Below are positions 1-7,022 of a DNA stretch of 64,000 bases, piece after piece. The stretch is taken from positions 807 to 64,806 of the forward strand of contig JAIFVX010000003.1 of NCBI GenBank assembly GCA_019659125.1, given 5' to 3'. Source of the stretch: Candidatus Pacearchaeota archaeon. Its GTDB lineage: Archaea; Nanobdellota; Nanobdellia; Pacearchaeales; GW2011-AR1. Numbering within the stretch: position 1 is the first letter of the stretch; each line of letters opens with the position of its first letter. A program made the position numbers and the translations under genes. The notes under the pieces are model-generated. The model had not been told where the DNA came from. It ran no database searches and was given only the letters and a program-made list of their open reading frames with translations.

Positions 1-491
1 TTGAATGAGGATATAATTCCTAGATTTTTCACCACGCAGAATACGCTTGCAAAGCTCATGAAGATGAGAACTCCCAGAAGGCTTGCGGCGATAAGAAGGA
101 ACAATATAATGACTGAGAATTGTCCTAGAAAAGGTAGGGTGAGAAAGGCTATCAAAGAAGAAAGGCCATACTGAGGCATAAGAAGTGCTGATCCTACGAT
201 AAGCGTCAGGGCTATGATAACGAAATTCCTCAATGTGTATTTTGAGTATGATAATGGATTTTTCCCAAATGCATAAAGGCCCATCATAATGGAAAGAAAG
301 AATGATCCGGCGACAAGAACTAATACGGTGAATATAATGAACCAGACTGTTGCCGTCAGGGAATTCTGCAGATGTGGCACAACTTTGTATGAGATGAACT
401 GCAAGAGACTAAGAACTCCAAACAAAAGAAGAGATGGAAGAATAAGCCAGGGATTTTTTACAAGATCCTTAAGAGATGATAGAAGTTTCAC
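1..491 (-). CDS. Multi-pass membrane protein, partial (3' end leaves window)
   Basis: Absent from ORF track. My minus-strand translation from GTG at 491 (GTGA overlap with the stop of the 488..868 gene) stays open to base 3: MKLLSSLKDLVKNPWLILPSLLLFGVLSLLQF...VIILFLLIAASLLGVLIFMSF. Several hydrophobic helices. Confidence 0.5.
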   Translation of the reverse strand, partial: MKLLSSLKDLVKNPWLILPSLLLFGVLSLLQFISYKVVPHLQNSLTATVWFIIFTVLVLVAGSFFLSIMMGLYAFGKNPLSYSKYTLRNFVIIALTLIVGSALLMPQYGLSSLIAFLTLPFLGQFSVIILFLLIAASLLGVLIFMSFASVFCVVKNLGIISSF

Positions 492-868
492 GATGATAGG
501 GATGACAAATATTCAGTGATTGCATCTCCCTTCACGAGCACGAAGATAATGGCCCCTACAAGAATGAAGAGGATCAATAAGAGAAATACAATCAAGACCA
601 TATTCTTTTTTCTTGGTTGACTCTGGAGTGGCCGTGAGATAACTGGGGGAGGAATCGACTGCGAAGGAGGAAGAGGATATTTTGATTTTTGGGTAACAGG
701 TTCCTGAGGAGATATGATTGTTGACGTCGTATCTCCTGTCAATGCCTTTGCCGCCTCTCGCACTTCCATAGCATTATATCCTGCATTGATAAAACTATTA
801 ACTGCATCATCAACGGAAGAACCTCGTTCCATCGCGTTCTTAAGTCCTGCAAGGATCTCATCCCTCAT
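488..868 (-). CDS. Small tail-anchored membrane protein of unknown function
   Basis: ORF with ATGA overlap to the RNase J stop. Soluble N-terminal ~45 aa domain, Pro-rich linker, one C-terminal TM helix. N-domain is paralogous to 29845..30108. Confidence 0.5.
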   Translation of the reverse strand: MRDEILAGLKNAMERGSSVDDAVNSFINAGYNAMEVREAAKALTGDTTSTIISPQEPVTQKSKYPLPPSQSIPPPVISRPLQSQPRKKNMVLIVFLLLILFILVGAIIFVLVKGDAITEYLSSLSS

Positions 869-2196
869 ATCGTTATGACCTTTCCATTATGCATGAGATG
901 AACTGTCTTGTTGGCCACGTAGCCCATTTCCTCGGCAAGATGAAGCCCTGCCATGAGCTTCTTCAAATCACCATGAGAAGGAATAACATGTTCTGGCCGT
1001 GTTAATTTTATGAGGTCTCGAAGGTCTTCCCTTCCCCCATGCCCTGAAACGTGCACATTATCGAAAATCCTCACTTGATGCTTCTTCAACCGCTTTTCTA
1101 ATTGATCCTTATTTTCCTCGTTGATTGGTGTGGGAATTGTTTTTGAGGAGAATATGATATGATCATTCTTGTCGAGCCTTAAAGGCAGTTGATTTCTTGA
1201 AATCCTGTCGAGAATGGATCCTGGCTCTCCTTGATGACCTGTGCAAACAACAAGATATTTCTTTTTCTCTTTGTTGACTTTGTTCAATACTTTTTCAAGC
1301 TGTTTCCTATAGGTAAATAATCTCACGTTGTTGATGAATGGGGCCTGGCCCACTCTTTTTGCTGCTGTCACGTACTTGTTCAGGCTTCTTCCTAAAAATA
1401 TGATCTCTCTGTTCAGTCTTCTGCCAAATTCAACAATACTTTTCAATCGTGCGATGTGGGAAGAGAACGTTGTGATGACTATCCCAGAATTATGATTGTC
1501 TGTGGTAAACAAGACATCCTCAAGCAAACCACGTGCAATCTTTTCTGATGGAGTTTTCCGGTCATCAGGAGCATATAAACAGTCAACAATCAATGCCTTT
1601 ACACCGATAGCAGCAAGTTCCTTGAGACGCTTATAATTTGGCTTATCTCCAAAGACTGGGGAATTATCGAGCTTGTAATCATTCGCATAGAGAACAATTC
1701 CTTCAGGTGTATGCACGGCGATCAGGGCAGACTGAATGGTGGAGTGAGTCATGTTCACAAACTCTACCTTATAGTTTTTCTTTCCTCGGGCGGTGTAGAC
1801 TCCATTCGGGTGAACTGATACGATTCTATTTTTTATCTTCTGTTTCGAATCTTCCATAAGCACCTTAAGCACTTCCATAGTGAATGAAGTCCCCACTACA
1901 TCCGCATTATAACGGTAAGAATTATAGGGAACTCCACCTACATGATCAAGGTGTGCATGCGATACTAGCAATGCTCTCACCTTATTTCTTAAGCCGTGTT
2001 TCTCGACATAGAGATCGTCAGGCAGTGCTCCGAGGTCACGCATACCTTTCTCAGTTGGCTCTCTTTCTCTTTCCGTAACGCCCACAATTGCTGGCAGAAA
2101 AAGCCCTGAATCAAATAGAATGACATCCTCTCCAACCTCGAGGGCAGTCATATTCTTTCCCACTTCACTGTAACCGCCAATTGCGTGTATCTTCAT
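865..2196 (-). CDS. rnj: Ribonuclease J (metallo-beta-lactamase / beta-CASP)
   Basis: HAHLDHVGG (HxHxDH) motif and archaeal RNase J-like length. Start moved to MKIHAIGGYSEVGKN (ATG 2196), which sits ~25 nt from a TATA-like box. Confidence 0.85.
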   Translation of the reverse strand: MKIHAIGGYSEVGKNMTALEVGEDVILFDSGLFLPAIVGVTEREREPTEKGMRDLGALPDDLYVEKHGLRNKVRALLVSHAHLDHVGGVPYNSYRYNADVVGTSFTMEVLKVLMEDSKQKIKNRIVSVHPNGVYTARGKKNYKVEFVNMTHSTIQSALIAVHTPEGIVLYANDYKLDNSPVFGDKPNYKRLKELAAIGVKALIVDCLYAPDDRKTPSEKIARGLLEDVLFTTDNHNSGIVITTFSSHIARLKSIVEFGRRLNREIIFLGRSLNKYVTAAKRVGQAPFINNVRLFTYRKQLEKVLNKVNKEKKKYLVVCTGHQGEPGSILDRISRNQLPLRLDKNDHIIFSSKTIPTPINEENKDQLEKRLKKHQVRIFDNVHVSGHGGREDLRDLIKLTRPEHVIPSHGDLKKLMAGLHLAEEMGYVANKTVHLMHNGKVITI

Positions 2197-2217
2197 ACAC
2201 AATTGAATCCCTGGTGG

Positions 2218-2250
2218 TTTAAATAGGTTTTTAGACATAAGGTATAAATA
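2218..2250. promoter_or_regulatory. Divergent pair of TATA-like boxes (tttaaata 2218-2225; tataaata 2243-2250)
   Basis: Each box is centred ~25-26 nt from the start codon of its gene (2196 minus strand, 2272 plus strand), implying leaderless transcripts. Confidence 0.5.
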
Positions 2251-2271
2251 GAAAGTTTCACCACAAGAGGG

Positions 2272-3120
2272 ATGGAACATAGAAAGCATCGTAACATTAC
2301 CTATACGATAATCGTTATCGTATTGATTTTACAAGTTGTTTCGTTTGTGACGCTTTCCTTTAAAATATCGCGACTTGAAGGAGATATCAGCTCCACACGG
2401 AAGAATCTTACCCAATCATTCACGGGTGCCCTCACGAGTTACGACCTTCAGAATCAGAAGAATTTCAATGATCTTTCACGGGCAGTTACCAATCAACAGG
2501 CAAGCTTCGAACAGGAGATAAGCATGCTAAAAGCATCTCAAGAAGATTTTTCAGGCGTCATCGAGAACTCTGTTAAAGGAGTAGTGAGCGTGCTCACTGA
2601 CAAGGCAGTAGGAACGGGATTTATTATCCATTCGTCGCTTTTTGAAAGCGTCATTGTCACGAACGAGCATGTCATTAGAGACGCGACCGACATACACGTG
2701 GTGACCTATGATAAACGTGAACTTCCGGCGGTTCTCGTGGGAAGTGATGCCATCCGAGATGTTGCTGTGCTGCAGGTGAAGGGAGAATACCCTTCGATTG
2801 ATATTGCCGATTCTGACAAGCTCCAAGTTGGGAATAAGGTTGTTGCCATAGGTAATCCTCTTGGCCTTTCTTTCAGCGTCACTGAGGGCATTGTTTCAGC
2901 ATTGCATCGAAGGGGTCCTAATGGTCTTAATGAATACATACAAACGGATGTTTCACTGAATCCAGGCAATTCAGGAGGACCGTTGATTGACACGACAGGA
3001 AAAGTTGTAGGAGTTAATAATTTCAAGGTGGGGAATGCTGAAAGCCTTGGATTTGCCCTTGAAAGCAACAGCTTAAAGGAAGTCGTCAACGATATTATGA
3101 ATAACACGGTGATAGTATGA
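2272..3120 (+). CDS. Membrane-anchored trypsin-like serine protease (HtrA/DegP family, no PDZ)
   Basis: N-terminal TM helix. Triad context TNEHVI / IRDVAVLQV / GNSGGPL. Confidence 0.8.
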   Translation: MEHRKHRNITYTIIVIVLILQVVSFVTLSFKISRLEGDISSTRKNLTQSFTGALTSYDLQNQKNFNDLSRAVTNQQASFEQEISMLKASQEDFSGVIENSVKGVVSVLTDKAVGTGFIIHSSLFESVIVTNEHVIRDATDIHVVTYDKRELPAVLVGSDAIRDVAVLQVKGEYPSIDIADSDKLQVGNKVVAIGNPLGLSFSVTEGIVSALHRRGPNGLNEYIQTDVSLNPGNSGGPLIDTTGKVVGVNNFKVGNAESLGFALESNSLKEVVNDIMNNTVIV

Positions 3121-3383
3121 AACTAAAGGCAAGTGCACGAGGGAAAAAGAGATATATTCTTCTTTCGATTGCTGACAAGGAAAAGGCAGAAAAGATATTT
3201 TTAGAATCGCTTGGAACTCTTGGGTGGGCAAAGGCACACCCTTTATTCATGAATCTTGGGAATAAGGTCGTCATCGTTGTTGATTCTGCATGCGTGGATG
3301 ATATCCGGGCAGCATGTGAGCTCTCCTCTGAAGATATTTCCATCATTCGAGTCTCAGGAACACTCAAGGGACTGAAAAGATGA
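3117..3383 (+). CDS. rnp2: RNase P protein component 2 (Pop5-like), short form
   Basis: ARGKKRYILL..., LGTLGWAKAHP and C-terminal RVSGTLKGLKR match the archaeal Pop5 pattern (RxKxRYI ... LGxxG ... SGTIK). Confidence 0.7.
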   Translation: MKLKASARGKKRYILLSIADKEKAEKIFLESLGTLGWAKAHPLFMNLGNKVVIVVDSACVDDIRAACELSSEDISIIRVSGTLKGLKR

Positions 3384-3589
3384 AAAAGAGAATTAAATCA
3401 TTTTTATTTGTATGGATAGTGTGTTTTGTAATAATATACGTAATAGTATATTCCTTTCCTGAAACAAGAGCAAATGATTTTGGTTTGTTTAGTCCTCCTG
3501 CCTATAAGTATGTTACTTTTGTTTTGATAGCTATTGGTTCAGTTATTTTGAGTTTGATAATTACGCGAGTAAAAAAGATACTTTCATAG
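3380..3589 (+). CDS. Small membrane protein (2 TM)
   Basis: ATGA overlap with the Pop5 stop. Two hydrophobic helices. Confidence 0.45.
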   Translation: MKKRIKSFLFVWIVCFVIIYVIVYSFPETRANDFGLFSPPAYKYVTFVLIAIGSVILSLIITRVKKILS

Positions 3590-3640
3590 ATTGAGATAGA
3601 AGAGCGAAACCTTTAATTAGATATTTCCATTATTCGCACA

Positions 3641-4120
3641 ATGAAACGAGGTCAAATTCATCTTTCTTTCGCGATGATATTCTCTATCATCGTTATCATT
3701 GCTACGGTTGCTGTGGCGTTCTATGTCGTCAACTATTTCCTCAAGACAAGCACGGGCGTGTCATGCAAACTGTTCCATAGAGATCTGCAGGACAGGATAA
3801 CCACTGCATGGAATGGAGAGATTACTCAAGACACTTTCAGCGAAGCAGCTCCTTCTGGCGTTTCCGCCGTTTGTATAGGATCCCTGAATGAAGGACCTTT
3901 AAACTCTCAGGATCGAGACAAATATCAAGCTATAAAGGAATATTTTCATAAGGGAAACTTCTTTTTCTATCCTACTGACTCTGAATGCGATTCAGGAAAT
4001 ATCGTCTATAACCTTGATCATATTGCAGCAACGCGGTTTTTCTGCAAGGATGTAGAGCAAGGAAAGATATCAATAACACTGAACAAAGGCCTTTCAGATT
4101 CTTTGGTGACTCTCTCATGA
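3641..4120 (+). CDS. Type IV pilin-like protein (class III signal peptide)
   Basis: N-terminus MKRGQ|IHLSFAMIFSIIVIIATVAVAFYV, i.e. a short basic stretch, G, then a long hydrophobic helix. TATA-like tttaatta at 3612-3619, ~25 nt upstream. Confidence 0.6.
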   Translation: MKRGQIHLSFAMIFSIIVIIATVAVAFYVVNYFLKTSTGVSCKLFHRDLQDRITTAWNGEITQDTFSEAAPSGVSAVCIGSLNEGPLNSQDRDKYQAIKEYFHKGNFFFYPTDSECDSGNIVYNLDHIAATRFFCKDVEQGKISITLNKGLSDSLVTLS

Positions 4121-5031
4121 GGAAAAAAGGATTTGAGTTCAGCTTCGGCTGGATATTCGCAATCATGGTTGGAGCAGTCGTCATCTCCCTGGCATTGTAT
4201 GCAACTTCAAAATTGATAAAGACCGAGCAGCAAGGGCAGAATGCAGAGCTTACAGTGCAACTTGGAACACTCCTTAGTCCTGCAGAAGCAACGATTGAAG
4301 AAAGTACCGTTATGCCTCTTGAATTTCCTAAGGAAAGTACCATTACCAGTCAATGCTCAAGTGCTGGAAGCTTTGGCTCCCAGAGGATTGAGGTTGATGA
4401 GCAAGGAGAAGGGGGAGGAGGTATCAGTTTCCCAAACAAATATATCTTCTCTGAATCACCGCTTCGAGGCAAAAATATTAGTGTTCTTTCTGAGCCTGTA
4501 AACATGCCATTCAAGGTGGCTGATATTCTTATTCTCTGGTCGCAACAACAGTATTGTTTTATCCAGCCTCCAGGAGAGATACAGGATGAGATTGAATCGT
4601 TCAAGCGAGGCATTAGTGTTGTTACATCAAGCTCTGCATGCCCAAAGGCAAGCATTAGCATATGTTTTACGGGAACATGCGATATTATGGTATCTCCTTC
4701 CACGAAGAGTGTTAAGAAGGGAACGCAAACAGTGTTCTATGATGACAGGTTTGGCAATGCACTCTTGTATGCGGCAATCTTTTCTGATGCAAACACCTAT
4801 GAATGTCAGGTCAAACGGCTCATGAAGCGAGCAAGCCATCTTTCTTCTCTCTATAGTTCTAAGGCGGACTACCTAAGTGCTCAAGGATGCAGCTCGACAT
4901 TAAGGGATGACTTAACAGTGTATGCTGCGCAACTCTCCTCAGCTTCCGATTCAAGAGAATTAGCACGCCTGGGTGTACTGGCAGCAGATCTTGAACATAC
5001 TAATGACAATATTCCATGTAAGCTCTTCTAG
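4117..5031 (+). CDS. Type IV pilin-like protein (class III signal peptide), Cys-containing
   Basis: N-terminus MRKKG|FEFSFGWIFAIMVGAVVISLALYA. ATGA overlap with the upstream gene. Confidence 0.6.
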   Translation: MRKKGFEFSFGWIFAIMVGAVVISLALYATSKLIKTEQQGQNAELTVQLGTLLSPAEATIEESTVMPLEFPKESTITSQCSSAGSFGSQRIEVDEQGEGGGGISFPNKYIFSESPLRGKNISVLSEPVNMPFKVADILILWSQQQYCFIQPPGEIQDEIESFKRGISVVTSSSACPKASISICFTGTCDIMVSPSTKSVKKGTQTVFYDDRFGNALLYAAIFSDANTYECQVKRLMKRASHLSSLYSSKADYLSAQGCSSTLRDDLTVYAAQLSSASDSRELARLGVLAADLEHTNDNIPCKLF

Positions 5032-5038
5032 AGCGCAA

Positions 5039-5509
5039 ATGCAGATCCAGCAAATGGCATTCGTCCTCGTAGCATTGCTCATCTTCTTTTCTATGGTTGC
5101 ACTTATCTATGCATCCTTGAGGATTTCCCATCTTAAGGGTCAGGCAGGGACGCTTGCACAGGCACAAGCACAGGAGCTTGCGAGGACGCTTGCATCAGCA
5201 CCTGAACTGCAAGGAAAATGTGACTCGTGCATCGATACTGATAAGGCACTTATATTAAAGGAAAAGCTGAACAGTGAATATAAGGGATTATGGAAAGTCA
5301 GCTATCTACGAATTGAGCGACTCTACCCCAATGCCCAGAACAGGGAGTGCACGCGAATGAACTATCCTGATTGCTCAACACTTACCCTTATTAATGGTAG
5401 TTTGGGGACTGCACAAGGAGCGTTTGTTAACCTTTGCAGGTATGTTGCTGAGAAGAAGTATATTCAGTGCGATATAGGGAAAATCTATGTTTCTCTGGAG
5501 GCCCCGTGA
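5039..5509 (+). CDS. Pilin-like / N-terminally anchored secreted protein
   Basis: Start moved to MQIQQMAFVLVALLIFFSMVALIYASL (ATG 5039, 8 nt after the upstream stop). The track start at 4973 would overlap the upstream gene by 59 nt. Confidence 0.5.
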   Translation: MQIQQMAFVLVALLIFFSMVALIYASLRISHLKGQAGTLAQAQAQELARTLASAPELQGKCDSCIDTDKALILKEKLNSEYKGLWKVSYLRIERLYPNAQNRECTRMNYPDCSTLTLINGSLGTAQGAFVNLCRYVAEKKYIQCDIGKIYVSLEAP

Positions 5510-5985
5510 GAGGGCAGGAAGAGGTTGCAGGATTTGTTGTTATTGTAGTTATTGTCTTAGTGATATCAGTCATTGTTCTTGGGGTAATGGTGAGACAGAG
5601 GCCAGAGCCATTAACGAACAGCCAGGATATCTATAATTTCCTTGAAGCAAGCCTTTCATACACAACATCATGTGCTACCAGCTTTGAGCCCGCTTATCTT
5701 ACTCTTGGTGAATTATTTGAAAAGTGCAGGTCGGGAAGTATTTGCATTTCAGGGAAGTCTGCATGCAGTGTTGCCAATGAAACGCTCAGAGGTATCGTAG
5801 GAGCAAGCTGGAACATAAGTTCTGGAAGCAGTGTCAGAGGATATAGGTTTGTAGCGCGCTATAAGACTAACACGAGTGATAGTGTCATTGTATCTCTTTC
5901 GCAAGGAAACTGCACAGGAAATTTCAAGGAGTCGGAATATCCTTATCCATATCCTATCAAAAGCTCATTTAGATTATGTTCCTAG
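5506..5985 (+). CDS. Type IV pilin-like protein (class III signal peptide)
   Basis: GTG at 5506 forms a GTGA overlap with the upstream stop and follows GGAGG (5497-5501). N-terminus V/M-RGQ|EEVAGFVVIVVIVLVISVIVLGV. Confidence 0.55.
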   Translation: MRGQEEVAGFVVIVVIVLVISVIVLGVMVRQRPEPLTNSQDIYNFLEASLSYTTSCATSFEPAYLTLGELFEKCRSGSICISGKSACSVANETLRGIVGASWNISSGSSVRGYRFVARYKTNTSDSVIVSLSQGNCTGNFKESEYPYPYPIKSSFRLCS

Positions 5986-6006
5986 ATATCTTTAAATATT
6001 ATCAAA

Positions 6007-6255
6007 TTGTCTATTTTTATGGCACATCAAGGCGATACTCTGGTTGAGCATGCATATTTACTCAATCATGATCCTTATATGGCGCAGGTTCTTTATGACC
6101 ACGTAGAAAGGGAAGGAGATAAGGATACGCTTAGCTTACTACGATTAAGCAGACTTCTAAAAGAAGAACTAGGAGATTGGGATGGAAATGCAGGAGTACC
6201 ATCCAGAATTTCACCTAAACCATCACCGTTAGATTCTTCAGCTCATTATTTATAA
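6007..6255 (+). CDS. Hypothetical protein
   Basis: ORF only, no recognisable motif. Likely true start is the internal MAHQGD. Confidence 0.3.
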   Translation: MSIFMAHQGDTLVEHAYLLNHDPYMAQVLYDHVEREGDKDTLSLLRLSRLLKEELGDWDGNAGVPSRISPKPSPLDSSAHYL

Positions 6256-6257
6256 TT

Positions 6258-6617
6258 CTAGAACGTAATATGAATGTTTACTGAGTCAACAATGATGACT
6301 GGCTTGAGCCTGTGCCTTTTTCCAGTCTTTTCAGCGATCATATCAATAAATCCGAATTTTTCAAGTAGTTTTACATCATCAACAACTGACTTAAAATCAC
6401 GCTGAACGAGCTTTGCAAGGTGGTACAATGATTTTGGATGATCGACTTTGATGGCATGAAGTATTTTTGCCTTCTCATTACTGAGGAGTTTTCGCACAGC
6501 ACTGATTCCCTCAAAATCATACGCGTTTGAGTCACGTGTAAATCGCCTGAAGAAGGTCGTAAACGTTCCTCTGTCGTCGGCAATTGTGATTTCGTGAGTT
6601 TTTGATCGTGCTGCCAT
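6258..6617 (-). CDS. Winged-helix DNA-binding protein (COG4190 / HVO_A0114-like)
   Basis: KILHAIKVDHPKSLYHLAKLVQRDFKSVVDDVKLLEKFGFI...KPVIIVDSVNIHITF matches the typical layout of this wHTH family. Confidence 0.55.
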   Translation of the reverse strand: MAARSKTHEITIADDRGTFTTFFRRFTRDSNAYDFEGISAVRKLLSNEKAKILHAIKVDHPKSLYHLAKLVQRDFKSVVDDVKLLEKFGFIDMIAEKTGKRHRLKPVIIVDSVNIHITF

Positions 6618-6853
6618 AGTATGGGTAAATATAGTACGTTTATAGAGACATGATGTATATAGAGTATTTATATGTATCTTTCCTCTATATATTGGGTATT
6701 ATACCATATATATTGCCTCATAGTACATTTTACCATTAAATGAGATATGCAAAAAGAAAGTGTTACTGCAGGCAGTGGTACCGAAAGCTTTATAAAGGAA
6801 TCAACAGCTAGTGAAAACACCGCCTGAAGAGAGGTGAAAAAGCGGGGAAAGCT

Positions 6854-6863
6854 TTTTAAATGA
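6854..6863 (+). promoter_or_regulatory. Candidate TATA box for the S-layer gene (alternative: ctttataaag 6788-6797)
   Basis: tttttaaatg lies ~160 nt upstream of GTG 7023, implying a long 5' UTR. A G-rich SD-like aaagggggtt sits just before the start. Confidence 0.35.
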
Positions 6864-7022
6864 TATATGATTGATGGTAGTAACTCTACTAAGCTTAGAG
6901 TACACATACTGGCTCACAAGGCCAGTACATCCAACGAGCTGCCCATTAAAAAGCAGCTTCCTTTATGAGGGACCCTGAGGGGTTGTTGCTAGTACAAAAG
7001 CTGAAAGGGGGTTTTAAGAAAA

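Noticed and set aside
289-519. 76-aa plus-strand ORF from the track
   Set aside because: It lies antisense to a continuous minus-strand membrane-protein reading frame (1..491) that is coupled to the upstream operon. Its composition looks like a shadow ORF.
6668-6907. 79-aa minus-strand ORF in the S-layer upstream region
   Set aside because: It sits in an AT-rich regulatory region with no promoter spacing or coupling. The sequence is low-complexity and hydrophobic by chance, so I treat the region as non-coding leader or promoter.
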